Positions 23,693-37,280 of a stretch of DNA of 64,000 nt are shown here, piece by piece. The stretch comes from Camelus ferus. Taxonomy: Eukaryota. Both the position numbers and the translations under genes were made by a program. Position 1 is the first letter of the stretch, and each line of letters opens with the position of its first letter. The notes below the pieces were generated by a model. It saw nothing but the letters and a program-made list of their open reading frames with translations, was not told the origin of the DNA and ran no database searches. The stretch is taken from the NCBI RefSeq assembly GCF_009834535.1, contig NC_045696.1:75952001-76016000 (forward strand). Direction: 5' to 3'.

Positions 23693-26600
23693 AAGAAAAC
23701 AATCTCAGTTGCAATCACATCAAAGCTAGTAAAATACCGAGTAATAAGTCTAAGTAAGAAAAGACCTATACTCAGAAAACTAGTAGACATTGATGAAAGA
23801 AACTGAAGATGACATAAACAGATGAAAAGATATACCTTGTTTATGGGTTGAAAAAATTAATGCTGTTAAAATGACCATCTGCCCAAGGCAATCTACAGAT
23901 TCTAAACCTGTGTTTTTAAAATTGCCATAATTGAAGCATACTCATTAAGAAAATTATTTTAATTAGTCATTTGATAATATCTTATTATTTGTCTTTTTCC
24001 CCAATAAATACAGTTTTACCTAAAAGGATTCTGTAATACAAAGTAATGAAAACATAAAACTTACAAAATTTCCAAGAAGGCAATCAGTACTTAAAGTAGG
24101 ATATATCTAAATAGAAGTAGTAACCTGGGAGGAAGAAACCAGCTTGACTCAAAGAGAACCATAAAGCCTGGAGCAAAGACGGACCTCTGGGCAAACTGAC
24201 TGGACAGGTGTACTTCCTGCTTATGAAACAAAGGACAACAGTACCCCAGGAGGGATCAAATCGCTGAACAGAGGAAAAGAGGACACTAACCAAACTTACA
24301 GGAGATATTTTCGAAACCTCATTAACTTGGTATATTTGATAGAGAAGAAGGGTAATTGAAAATTGTCATCTCTTTATTAGAAAAGGAGACAAAACTGTCC
24401 CTGCTTGGGGCTCTGGAGATACTGACTTGGGCTTGTTGGTGAGCACTTAACCCTTTCGGGGGCTGTGCCCATTGAGGTGTCGCAACCAGTCACTCCCCTG
24501 GAAAGCAAAGGACCCAGTCAGACTTTTTACTGTTTTCCCATTGCAAAAAATAAAATAAGTAATTAATTGATATTCCATTTTGTGGGTATTAGGAGAGAAG
24601 AACTAAATTAATTTTTTTGAGGTCATTTAAAAGAGTCTCAAGATTAAAGGACAATAGTCCTTCTAAACACTGTTTTACTGAATTGACCAGTCGTTTTAAT
24701 CAAATTCTATGAAGTGTAGGGTATAAAAAGCCTGTCACAGCACCTGTGCATGATAGGTACCCAGTAAATACTGATTATATCTGAATCACCCAAAAGATAT
24801 CGGTGTAAATATAAGGTTAGGATGATTAAGGACTGGGAAAAAAAATCAAGCATCAATATTCCATTCCTTTTTATTTTAGCATTCTGATTTTATTTAAATT
24901 TTGACATTCCTATTTCAATGTATTTTCATTATATGTAATGTGAAAAATATAAAAAATATAATATTAAAAGTATAAAGCATATAAAATATAACAAAAATCC
25001 TTTCACCTTTTATTTTATCCAATGTTTTTTAATCTCACAGTATCTTTTCCCTTAGCCTCTTGTTTTTCTTAACCATAGTTTTATGCTACCTCTGTCTTTA
25101 TTCTCTTCTCTTCACTGGGGAACCACTTTACTGAGCTTGAGAATACTTGGTGCTCAGGGAAAGATGAAATAGTATTAACATCAGGAAAGCCTCCTGGCCA
25201 CCTAGGGTAGACCAAAGAGTGTTGGTATTTCCATGGGGTCACCAGAACTTGAACTTTAAAACTCAATGTTGTCACTGCACCTAGAAGTGATCTGCCTCAG
25301 GGGAACCAACAACTCCCACTAACCATATCATTAAGAGCCAGCAAGTTAATTGTCAACCTACAAAAAGAAAAGGATCTACCAAAAAAAGATAAGAAAGTTC
25401 ACATCAATTCATCAGACATTCTCCTGTAAGATAATATGCATATGGGAAGCTAAATCAGTAACTTGTTTGAGATAGCTGGTCTTAATGTTTGTCATCAAAC
25501 TATAGAGGCCAGATGCGTTTATCCATGTTCTAGAATTTTCCTCCCAAATGATCTGGGGAATTTGCAGGACTAGCAAGAATATTCCTTTTCCACTAGGGAG
25601 TACTGGAGACACTCTGGCAAATGTTACTTCTTGACACTCCTTTTTAATTATTCCAGGATAACTATCTCATTTCTTTTAATCCTGCCTTTTTACAAAAGTA
25701 TATCATAAAATTGGTTAAATTTAAGATTACTACATTACAACCACATTCCAATTCTGCTTTTCTAAGAAGTCTCTTTAATTAGAGGTTTAGGTGTTACCAA
25801 GACTTTTCAGTCCTACATTATCAGGTGTCTCTTGGTTTACTCAGAGGGAGTGCTAATCAAATCTATTATGTGTGGATTTCACCAGGTCAATTCATTGAAA
25901 GTGATGTTATTTCCAACTTCTTGGTGGACATCTCACTACTGCATCCTGTACTGACTGCACAAGGCCTCCTGCAACTGTCCTTAGTAGTAGAAGTATTGGG
26001 CCTCTTTCTAAATAATTTAGGATACGTCTTAATGTATTTTCCATGGGGAATTTAGACCTACTTGACTCAATCACTTCAGAGAATACAGTATCATCACCTA
26101 AAAATTCCAGATCTAGACAAAACCAGATAATTTCCTTTGGAAGGGCAAAAGCTTCTCTATTTTAATTTCTTCCCAGCCTTCCAAGGCAAATTGGTCTCTT
26201 ATACTACTTTCCCAACCCAAGTAAACACCGTTAAGTGGGCCTCTGGCAAAGCTTGGTGTCATTAAGTGACGTTTCCATTTGAAATTACAAACATAAAAAC
26301 AACCCTCATGTTCCATTTGCCTCCACCATAAGGATAGATCTATTTACTCCAAATTTTAGTGTGGACTCAGGATTGTGGATCTGCTTTACTCTGCAGAAAC
26401 ATCCTGACTCAGATAACTATGTAATTTCTATGAACAATTCAGAACAAAATTTTTCTAAAATAGTGTAACTACATAATATTTAAGAATGTTTAATTCTTGT
26501 ATTAACTATAGCTTTTAGGAAGAGTAAAGATTATAATTTTTATAAATATTCTATTTGTTAGATCCCTCAGGATCTCTATTACATCCGACCAGGTGCTGTC

Positions 26601-29534
26601 TTTTCCCCCAACAGACTGTATTTTTTATATATATATATAACCATTCCTAGTACAGTTGTATTATAATTTTTATAAAAGGAAATAATATATAAAAATCCTA
26701 ACTAAGCAGGAGGCAAAAGAAGATGAAAAGTAACCCTTCATATGACCAAACTCCCAATTTGGGGAATATCTTTTTAGTTTGTGCATGATGGCTAAATTTC
26801 CATAGAAGCTTCCAGAACTAAACATACCACCTCCCATTTTCCGTCAAGGTATAAACCAAAATATAGTGATTCACAATGGGCAGGTGCAGTAGTAAAGGTG
26901 GGGCTGTGGGAGTTGGTGACAGGTCGATACATGGACTCTCCCTTCCTTTGAACTTTCTAGAAATCCAAAGTAAGCTGTAGTTGCAGACATAAGAGGAATT
27001 TAAAAGTATATGAAATCAACTAGACTGAAATGTAAGTTATCATTGTTAATCATAATTATTTTAAAATGCACCAGTTTTTTTTTTAATGACATAGAAGAAG
27101 AAACAAGAAAAACTCTGAGAACATTGGCACAAAGCATCTGGTGATGATGCAGTGATGCTTTTACTACCGTCACAACTGTGATGTTTATGTTCATACTTTC
27201 TTGTCTTTATGTTACTTGGATAACAAATCTCATAATTTTTATTGTAATTGTGGATAATTGCAAAATTTTATCTTTGTAACTCTGATTCTTTGAAAATGGT
27301 GTCAAAAACCAAGATACTTTTTTCCCTTTCCAATAGTCTCCATCCACTTTCCATTTCTCTCCCATGTCTCCCCTTTCTTCTCTCATGCTTCTCCATTAGC
27401 CCTCAGCAAGTTCAAATTTCTTCAGAGATGGGCAAGCATTATCTATGTCCAGCATAAGAAGCAACCCTGCCATGATGAAGGGCAGATCCAGGCTATGGTA
27501 TCTGATAAATTTGCTTGCTGCAGCCCCACCCAATTTAATGGACTTTCTTCTAATCTCTGTGTAGCTTTTTATGTCTTACTACTTTACTCCCATTAGTGCT
27601 CTCTGACTTAGTCTTCAACTTGGCCATGTGCCTTAGTGGAGGCAATGCAGCGCCATTAAACAACACAGTTCTTCATCTGGTTCTGTATCATGAATTACAG
27701 CAGTCATGTTAAGCAACCTAGCATGAGCTTTTAAGACCCCAAAGGTACTCTGGCAATCCACAAATATCTCTAGGATACAGAAGGCAAAATTAGGACAAAA
27801 TATGGAATTTGGAAAAGGACATAAGAGAAAAGCATGAACAAAATAATTAAAACAATAACAATTTTGGACAACAGCCAAAAACACAAGTGAAAGAGGGGAG
27901 GTATTTTTGACCCCCTAACTAATATATTAAAATGTGTCATTTCACATAGTCACACTGTATGCATGATTTGGCTTTCTTTTTCTCAGCCCTAGCAACAGCT
28001 AGGAATACTTTGTTGACAGTTTTTATCTCATAAATTTGGTTCCCTGATCCAATTTTTCTTTACAAGGGAAAAAAAAAAGAGAGAGACAACTTAAAGATCT
28101 TCCCTCAAATGAGATTCTCCTTCCTCTGGGGTTATCATTGATTTATAATTGCATCGATATTTCACATTTCTCTTAAAACACCATGTTCCAGTGCTCAGTC
28201 TGGCAGAGGCTTTCCTTTGTATTTGACATGATGTCCACCAAATCTTCCTATTATGGAGAGAGCTTGGGGTTCTGGGAAAATCAATAGGCATTTAACTACC
28301 AGGGAGACAGGGAGAAGGAGCAATGTACATGGTGGCTACTAGCAACTGCTGGGATAGGAATCCTCAAAAAGCTAAAATGAAGACAGAAGTCTGCAAGTTG
28401 TGGAACGTAAGCAGTTACTAACCACATTTTTGGGTTAATTATTCAGTCTCTCTGCCCACATTCCCTTGAGGTGAGTTGCTCCCGGGGAGCGAAGCATTGT
28501 CATTTCACTGTGACAACTGCCACTTCATTGACCATAGTTTCTGTCTAAAAGGGAATGGCCTTTCAGAGAAGCCGTATTTGTTTAAGTTTCTAAATAACAA
28601 ATCCCTGGCCTCTGTGATTCACATTGCTGTGCCATCAATTTTAGACACCGTTCAATTATACATCAAGGCAAAGACAGGCCTTCTCTGTAAGGTCCACCCT
28701 GTCAAAAGTCTGCCTTCCTGCGATTTGCAATGGGGGTTCCATTGTAATGATTCTGCTAGCTGCCTCTCCCCTCATCTCTACCTGAAAATCAAATCATCTG
28801 CTCAAAAGTCAATGAAAGGCCCCAAGCTGCTAAGGCAGCTAAACAAATCTGCTAACAATAATAGCCTTACTGAGGAGAAATGTAGAAGAAATTAACTGTG
28901 TTCCTCCAAAGGCATTCTGGGAAACAGCATTTGATACTAAAACCCAGCTCGGAAATGTGACCTATTGTGGGCTAGAAAGATCATGCTTTGCCACTGGGGT
29001 CGATGGCTCACATGTAAACAGATGGCATTCTCCCCACCAACACTCCATCGCACAGTTCCAGAGGGTGAGATCCTGCAGTTTACTGCTTCACAGTGGTTGA
29101 GCCTTTTGTCTAACAAGTTTCCATTTCATCATGAAGGCAGGGACCTGAGTCGTATTTGGAAAATGTTTTGTGATTAAGGCTTTCAAGCAGCAAACTTACC
29201 ATCAAGGAGAAAGAACAGTCTCCTGTGGGAAACAGCCTGACTTAAAATAAAATTGACCAAGCAGAAAGTTATAAATAATATTATTTTAACAGGGTTTTGA
29301 GGTGCAGCCAAATATTTTGGAATGTTCTCAGTCCAAACAAAGCCAGCATATTTCTCATTTTTTCCAACCTCATGACTGAGACAAGAGATAAATGGAAAGG
29401 AAAAAAGCCCACAGTTGCGAAATGTAAATTTAAAAGAAAAATCAATCTGGACAGTCATAAAAACCAGGTGGCAGGCAAAAATTGGACTCATTTATGAAGA
29501 GATGCACAACATTCTTTAAAACAGGCAATAATTA

Positions 29535-29750
29535 AGGTACAGTGAAAAGAGCAAAGAATTTGGAGGTAGAAAAAAGTTCAGATCCCAAGTCCATCACTCA
29601 AAATGCGTGTGTCTGGGTATGTGTCTTAGCTTCTCCGGGCCTCGTGTTCCTCATTTGGAAAATTGAGATAATAGCACTGATCTCACAGTTGTGACAAGGA
29701 GTTAGAGTTCAGGAACAGGAGCCCCGAGCATAGCGTTCAGTACATACAGG
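29535..29750 (+). mobile_element. MIR SINE
   Basis: gtacagtgaaaagagcaaagaatttggagg...cttctccgggcctcgtgttcctcatttggaaaattgagataatagcac. Confidence 0.75.
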
Positions 29751-32049
29751 AACAGCAAATCTCCACTGTCTCCCACTGCTTTGCCGGTGCCTCCACCCGC
29801 CCCAACCCCTACCCCCAGCACACAGGAAGTTCTGAAGATACCTTGAATTTAAATAAATTAAGCAGTTTGGTTTTTGTCTGGTTGTTATTCAGTGGACATG
29901 TTGTACTAAAAAAAAAAAATGCAATTGGACTTGAAGTCTAGTGAAATGAGTCTGTTACTGATTTTGCAACTTGTATTAGCTTCCAGAAGTGACCTCCCTT
30001 CCCTGGCTTGGCTCTCTTGTCTTTAGAGTGAGGCCACTGGAGGAGATAATCTAGAAGGAACCTTCCAGCTTTAGCATGCAAGGAATTATGGGGACCTATG
30101 CCTTCTTAACCAAGAGTTCTGTTTTGGTCCTTCCTTGATGTCATTTCACATGAGTGTTAGTACAGCCAGTATTGGGATTTTTCTTTGATATGTTGAGATC
30201 TTAGTGAAGGCAAAAGGAGCCTTGTTTTCAGAAGATGTTCAGTACGTGTTCGTGGGACGAGTACATTACACTAATCAGGATGAAACAGAACGCTGCTCTT
30301 AATATAAAACCTTGGTTCAATCCCAGTGCATGACTCCTCCCTAATTATAGTTCCCTTGCCCACTGCTTCAGTTTCTATGGAGACATCAGAAATGCTGCTC
30401 CTTAATGCTTGTCAAATGAAGTAAGGAGCAGGTGGTTAAAAATCTTCTGCTTCTGAACCATGTTTATCCATAGTCCATGAACCCTTTATTGTTTTTATAA
30501 AGCTCAGAAAAATAATTCTCTCTCCCTAATTAAATAAAATAATTATAAGCCATCTTTTCCTAATAATTCCTAAAAGGAAAAAGAAGTACCTAAACTTACA
30601 GGCTCTCAGTGGTACGTATGTATTCCCACCTCTACACCTTTATCCATGTCTGGAATTCTCTACTCCTTTCTCCTTCCAGGCTTGGCAAAGATCTACTTTT
30701 TCAAAATACAAGTGCAAGTCTTATATTTCTTTATATCCTCAAGACCTAGACTAGTCCAGCACAGAGAGAATATTCACCAAACAAACATGAGGGGCAATTA
30801 GTTTACTTTCTTTTTACTGTGTGTAACTATGTAGCAGTCCCATCACATTTCTATTTGTTTTTTAAAGTTTCAATAGGTTATATCTAGTCTACTATGCACA
30901 CTATCTTGGAATATGTACTGTAGTTTAAGATTGGGTTCTAAATATCGTGAACATTCCAAACTATCCGATTTCTACTCAGAAGTTGTTAATGTAGGTGGGA
31001 TTTTGCATATATTATTGAAGACAGAAAAAAACTTTAAATATTGATAGCACTTTGAAATTCATTGTGATCTTTCTCTATTTTCTATCAAAGTGTGTGAACC
31101 TGGGCATGCCACAGAAAGAAGCCCTGAATCCTGTCTTTCTGACACCAAATCCAGGTGTTTCCTTACCACTTCACAGATATTGAAGACCTCAATGAGAAGG
31201 ACAGACTGAGTGGGAGGGAAAAAACCCTAAACGAATATCAGAGACACCACTACCAAAGAAGTGAAATGGAATCACTGAACAGCAAATCACTCAACCATGA
31301 GAACCAGGAGAGCGACTATATTGAATTTTAGGAAATCGCTGTACGTACCTAAAGCCATCAAGAGCAATGCAACATATTAATATTGTCTATTTTAAAAAGG
31401 CAAAGTGAAAGGTTTTATATTCACACCTGGGACGATGTGAACATACCTTTAACAGCTCCATCTATCATAGGCACCCTGGGGAATACTTTCCTGCAAAACG
31501 ATTACTGTCACTTCCCACAGGACGCAGGCTTGTTCACTACCATCACTGCAGTCCCAACAGAAAGAATGCAATCTGTGCTATGAAGATTTGTATTAATTTT
31601 TTTTTTTACTATTAAAGAAATTTAACATTTATTACCTCATTTAATCCGAGAGCACCTGTGAGGGAGAGAGGATAGGGTTTTTCCAAATACAAATTGAAGA
31701 AAAGAAACTCAAAGGAGTTAAGCATCAAGTCCCAAATCACAGACAAGATTGTAATAAATACAAAGTATTTACAGGGGTTTGATTCTCAAGGGTAGACCTT
31801 TCCAGTTAAGTTCCCTGATCCAACACCTTCTTATGATTAGAATCCTTTCTTCCTGATGAACTAAAACCCATGGGGAAGAGAAACCCAAAAACAATTTAAA
31901 ATATCAGTTAGCCACTCAATTAAAAGCAAAATAAAAGAAAAACAAAAAATACAACATCTCACTGCCAGGACCAGGGCTTGGCTGCTCTGGGGGGAATCAG
32001 GCAACAGCCTTAATCTAGCAAGCAGACAGTCCATGGATTTTGATAATCT

Positions 32050-32375
32050 ATACTAGTTCCTCAAATCTTATGACAAAATATTTAGGGGAAACTGGTTAAA
32101 CATAGTTAAATAGGTTTCTCTATTTCACGACTTTAATATACTAATAAATAATAATATACATTTATTATACTAATAAATAATAATAATAAATAGCGTAATA
32201 AAGAATAGTAACATGCTAATAAATGATAATATATAAGAAAAAAGATAGTATGTAGTTTTCCTCAAGTAATTTAAATTATTTGACTGTGGAATCCCTTCTC
32301 TCACACTTTTTTTTTTTTTTTAATGGAGCATCTTAAGAGGCTGAAGTTTAATGGACACAAATTTGGGGAGAAAGT
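32050..32375. mobile_element. hAT-Charlie-like DNA transposon remnant with an AT-rich internal tract
   Basis: ttatttgactgtggaatcccttc...atggagcatctt...gtttaatggacacaaatttgggga resembles Charlie-family termini. Confidence 0.4.
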
Positions 32376-34019
32376 GCTCTCTTTCTCACCAATTTAGTGA
32401 TCCACTGTATGAAAGCTGAAGAATATAATCAAGTGGTTAAATGTTTTCAAATCCATATGTCTATAGTGTTATCAGTGTCTAGATTTGTTTTACTGCATTT
32501 TCATGTATGCTGGTTGCGTAGTGAGTCAAGGGCATATATTTGTAGAAACATTAAGGGCAAGTCCAATCCTTGAACTTACTAATGTCATTGAAACAGTCAT
32601 TGTGATTGTTTCATACTGTTTTGATTTCTGTTCCTTTGCAAGCATTAGCTAAAGAAATGAAACCTTTTTGGAATTTCTATTATTGTCCTTAAAAATAGAT
32701 ATAATAACTCAAGTAATATATGTCTCTTCTATAACTGCAGGTTGAAAAAAATACATTTGTTCTCACATTGGAAATAGGAAAATAGTCAAACACTAAAGTT
32801 TAAATTACTTTTCTCCTTATACTTAAATGGACTCCTTTGATATCTAGCCCTATGAACCAATGAAAAATCACACAGGAGATATCAACAGGGGGCACCAGTT
32901 TGATTTTGTAATAGCCTTAATAGAAAAAATATATAATTTTAAGAAAAAGACATGTGGCTGACTTTTCTCCCTTTGTTCAGCATTACTGATACATTTTCCT
33001 AAAGGAAAGTTTCACTAAGCACATTATGTGGTTTAAGTATCACAGAACTGAGAACTGAAAAAGGGAAAAAATATCTTAGATGAAAATGTGACAGTTAACC
33101 TAAAGATTATTGGTCTCCAAGATGTACCTTTTAATCATTCCTGAGGAGGGAACTTAAGTGAGGAATATTTATTAGTAAATTATTTTTAGCTTTGAACTGA
33201 TCCTTAATGGCTTTCAGAGAAGTCCTGGTTTAACCTTGGGATGTATTTCATTATCGTGTCTATGGTCAGAGCTCTTTACCGTGGAGATTGAAACTACAAT
33301 TTTGAAAGAGATGTGCCTATTTAATAAGCTCAATCTCCTATATATGTTTAATTTCAAATTGTGATGACACTTTATGAAGACTTAGCAATAAGAATAATAC
33401 CAAGAGTACACAATCCAAGTTTAATAATACCCAACACACGCTTTTTTTCCCAAATAGACGGAAAGACATTATCTAATATTCTTCTTCTTGACAATATCCT
33501 TGAAACCCAGGCAAGTGACAAGTCTTATTCTCCATATTTTATAGAAAAAAATCTGAGTCAGAACAAAATGAAATGACTTATTTAAGATAAGGCTGATGGT
33601 TCATGTTGATACCTTATATAGTAAGGTGATTTTTTTTTTCTTTAAACTCTATTTCTTTGAGTGACAAATGAGATAAATGTGATTACATGGTTCTTTTTTT
33701 TCATAATTTAACGATGATCTATTTATATGACTACCTACTTGTTTGCTTATGCTCCTCAGCCTTAAATGAAGAAATTGAGAATGTTATTGAAACAATAATG
33801 TTTCTTCTAAGTTATATAATGAGGTTATGAAAATATAAGTGCTGAGGTTTCTCTAAAGGAAATCATTTGCACTACATTGTTTATTTTAACCATAATGACA
33901 AACCCCAATGCTTACAAAGCAGGTCTAAAACATAGCTAGGATTGATCTAAAGGCAACAGGTAAAGGCCCTTGTTTCTTTGATATCTCTGTTTATTTTAGA
34001 GTGCATTTAATAATCTGGT

Positions 34020-34600
34020 GTAATTGTCAATCAACCCAGTAGAGGAAACCAAAATACTCCAGGTATTTTAAGAAGTTACCCAATACAGGGAATTAGGTGT
34101 TTATATAAAATTGTTGGAAGCAGTAGAACAGTGAATTACAGGCTAGGACTCCAGAAATTGCTCCCAGAACAACACAAAACTTACCTAGCAGGGACTGTGA
34201 TCACACCACTAGAACTACTGAGCTGGAGGGCACACTGCTGAACAGTTGGAAGCTGGAATTAGGAAGCACTGAAGCTACTGCTGCTGCTTCTACAGCTGCC
34301 TTTGGGTCCCAGGAAGCTGAGAAAAAGCCATCCGAATGTTCTTGCAAAGGAGCATGTTGTCTTCAAGACCCTACTTGCCAGAAACACACACCCAAAGGGA
34401 ACAGGAAGACACCCTTTGTCTCATTTTCACCTCTCAAGCTTTGTGTGCTCATCTGTCTAGCAAAACCCAATTTTCAGCCAGAACTCTAGCTACGTTGAAG
34501 ACTGGAAGTTTTTAAGCATTGCAGCTTATGCAGGACAGAGAAACACAGCAAAGCTAGGGTGGGTGAGACTGAACCAGACACTATACAACATCCACCAAAT
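34020..34600. mobile_element. old ERVL-class LTR
   Basis: gaaaccaaaatactccaggtatttt...aatacagggaattagg...cagaactctagctac...gactggaag pattern of ancient ERVL LTRs. Confidence 0.5.
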
Positions 34601-34636
34601 GTGAATTCAATATTTTAGCTACGATTAGCTTTAAAT

Positions 34637-34788
34637 CACTTTTCACTGATTCTAAAGATGCATGATATACCACTTTCCTAAGAAAAAGTACTATCCAATT
34701 ACTAAGATGCCTTCACTTATAAGATGCAGCCAATTTTAGAGATAGTAACGTGTAAAAAAATGTGCATATTAGATTCAATGAAATACAA
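34637..34788 (-). mobile_element. TcMar-type MITE, MER104-like
   Basis: Imperfect terminal inverted repeats tttcactgattctaaagatgca ... tgcatattagattcaatgaaatac. Confidence 0.55.
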
Positions 34789-35779
34789 GTCATGAGGTCA
34801 TGATAGACTGTAATGGTATGACCTTTTTATGATGTTATGCCTGGCCATTCAGAGCAGTTCATAGTTTTTAAAGAAGCACTGAAAGTTTCAAATATATTAA
34901 CATTTCCATTTTAACTGGCATGCTAACGTGTAAAGCAGAAAAGGGCCAAAGGATAATAGAATGGTAAAAGACTATATTTTATAATTTACCAATACATGAA
35001 TAAGTTACCAAATTAAATAACTGAAAACTATCTATGACTCTTTAGGTCAAGAATAGATTACATCACAAATTTCTCTATTAAGAAGTTCTGGCTTTGTTGA
35101 GAAGTGGAAAGTTTTGTGAGTGATGTTAAGAAACACGAAATCAAGCTTCCTAGGGTGACTGTATTCCATCAGCCTCAACCAATCACAACTGCTCCCCAAA
35201 GCTTCACCCTGGGTCAAGAGCTTCCAGGGGAGGGTAGAGAAAGTTAGAAAGTCAGGAACATTTGTAAAACTGTAATCTGTGAGCCAACTGGATGCCTAGG
35301 AGACAGCCAGGACCCTCCTAAGTCTCAGCGCAGATGGACACAGCAGAGTCTGTACACGGTTCAGTACCCTGGAGGTCAAGTGAAGGCATCAGTCAACAGC
35401 GTTGAGGAAGCAGAAGATAAATGGCTTTTGACTGGAGCCTGAGGTAGACATTTGTTGGTACCTACTATGTGCCAGGCACTTTTCCAGGTGCCATTAGCAG
35501 AAAAAGGAAGCTGGGTCACAAAAGAGCTGTACAGTAGGATTCAGAGACTGGAGTTCTCAGAACAAAGTGTTAGCTGATCCTGACAAAATTGTTTCAATGA
35601 AGTCTCAAGGATTCCACTTCTGTTTCAACTTGTCAGATGAGCCTGGTGGCCTGAGGTCAGAACTTACAGAGCTCCCCCTGCACTGCTGAGAGGGCTGGGC
35701 ATGTTCTGCTATCCCCTGCAGGCACAAGCGTTTTTCCACAATAACAATCTGTTCCTGGGTACCAGCACCAGAATATCTA

Positions 35780-35960
35780 GAAAATAAAAGTGGGCCTGCA
35801 ATATTTATGGTACACAATATATTTTGCTGTCAGCTCAAAGACTGCAGATGTCATTTGCCAACAACTTGCTTATTTGATTTATGGAATAATTAATTGTATG
35901 TAAGATAAGCCATGCACTAAAGAATGACAGCTATAATTAATCAACCCTCACAGCAAAGAA
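35780..35960. promoter_or_regulatory. candidate HOX/PBX/MEIS enhancer
   Basis: TGATTTATGG (35875-35884) flanked by CTGTCA (35827-35832) and TGACAG (35925-35930), plus TAATTA sites, in non-repeat DNA; motif evidence only. Confidence 0.35.
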
Positions 35961-36269
35961 ATCTTTATGCAACTGTGAATGCAAGTTCATAGACCACAAA
36001 ACCAGTGTCTCTCAAACTGCTTTACTTTTTTCTCGATATCCCATTCTTCAGATGTGGGCCAAAGGCTATACGTCTATATGTCTTTATATTCATTTGATGC
36101 TTTGTAATTTACAAGTGATTTCTGACATGTGCTATTTGGTTGGGTCATCACCACATCCCTACAGTGAACACAGAGGAGGCAGTGCTGTGACTTGCTCAGT
36201 GCCACCAGGTGTTAAGTGTCAGAGATACAGGAAACCCCCAGCTTTGGGTGGATAACGCTACATGTTGTA

Positions 36270-36500
36270 GGATGGAAGGAAGAACACTGCTTCAGAGTAC
36301 TCGGATTGGAGCCTGCCTCTGCCAAGCATGGCCTGGGTGAACAAATCTCAATCGCCAGGAGCCTCTGTTTCTTCGCATATAGAAGGGGACAAGACAGGTT
36401 CCATTGCAAGCTTCGGGTGAGAATTATGTGAAATGAAAGAAAGCATGTGACACCCCTCTTTCCTGTGCCTGGAACACGGGCAGTACCTAAGACATTAGCT
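36270..36500 (+). mobile_element. MIR SINE
   Basis: tggaaggaagaacactgcttcagagt...cctgcctctgcc...gagcctctgtttcttcgcatataga...tgtgcctggaacacgggcagtacc. Confidence 0.65.
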
Positions 36501-37219
36501 TCTGGCTGCTTCCCAAGCCCGTCTCTGTGCCCAGCCCTGACCCTCCATGCTTCTCCACTCCCACAGCTGCTGGGCGCTCCGTTCATCAAAGGCTCTCCAT
36601 AACTCTACCACGTCAAGGGAAGATCAGACAGCCTTAAAAGTGAATCCTTTCAATACTTCAGTAAAACCCTTTTGAAATAGATCCACTCCAAGAAAGATTA
36701 TGCCTCAAATAAAACAATATTTGAGCCATGTTCACATTTTTTTTTTCCAATAACAAATGTCCCAGTCTAGACAAAGCCACTTACATGGGAACAGAATTCT
36801 GACCAGTATCAGTGCAGTGGCTGTAGACACTTTCAAGTCTGTCTTCAAGGAACCAAGACTCCGAAGGGAAAGAACTTAACCAAGAGCGAGGACATAACAG
36901 TGACAAACATGAAGCCTTACTTATCTTTTTCTTAATTGAATCTGAGATCTAGCTCCTTCATCTGTCAACCTTAACTCACTGCTAAGAATTAGTTCTATTG
37001 CCTTACATATGAGGCAGCTGTTGATTATAATAATACTTGTATTCAAAATACCTGCAGAGGTTTTCCTTTTAATTAACGGTGCACTAACCCAAACGGCAAG
37101 CTGCTTTCTCTGGTGTCATTTCTGACTGTAAGAGTCAGAGCTTTTATTAAATAAAATCTCTGTTTTCACTGTAGCCATCTCTCTTGGCTGGATTATTTCC
37201 TACTGAAATCTTGCTGGAG

Positions 37220-37280
37220 AGTGTGTGTGTATGTGTGTGTGTTGTGTGTGTGTGTACCTGCACATGTGCATGTGTGTGTC
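37220..37280. repeat. imperfect (TG)n microsatellite
   Basis: gtgtgtgtgtatgtgtgtgtgttgtgtgtgtgtgt...gtgtgtgt. Confidence 0.85.

Larger units (their letters stand above)
21655..23902 (+). pseudogene. L1 ORF2 endonuclease-to-RT segment (inverted relative to the adjacent 3'UTR)
   Basis: ORF track: [70 protein letters not shown] motif (ctgtttgcagatgac) at about 23457-23471; many frameshifts. Confidence 0.92.

Noticed and set aside
13930..23902. The EN-RT segment at 21655-23902 roughly fills the gap missing from the L1 at 12046-15684, suggesting one element split by rearrangement
   Set aside because: The ~95-bp region they share (13931-14030 vs 23806-23902) differs at many positions, their 3'UTRs are of different types, and the first element has its own TSD. 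Independent insertions are simpler.
21170..23920. TSD for the inverted L1
   Set aside because: The flanks (caattaaaacttttttt vs taaacctgtgtttttaa) do not give a convincing direct repeat.
28476..28895. 139-aa ORF in repeat-free DNA
   Set aside because: TTG start, no recognisable domain and no convincing flanking splice sites; the block is better treated as a non-coding candidate.
29460..29478. CTCF-like motif aaccaggtggcagg (similar partial matches at about 16037, 32883 and 50160)
   Set aside because: Each mismatches key consensus positions; not supportable without PWM or ChIP data.
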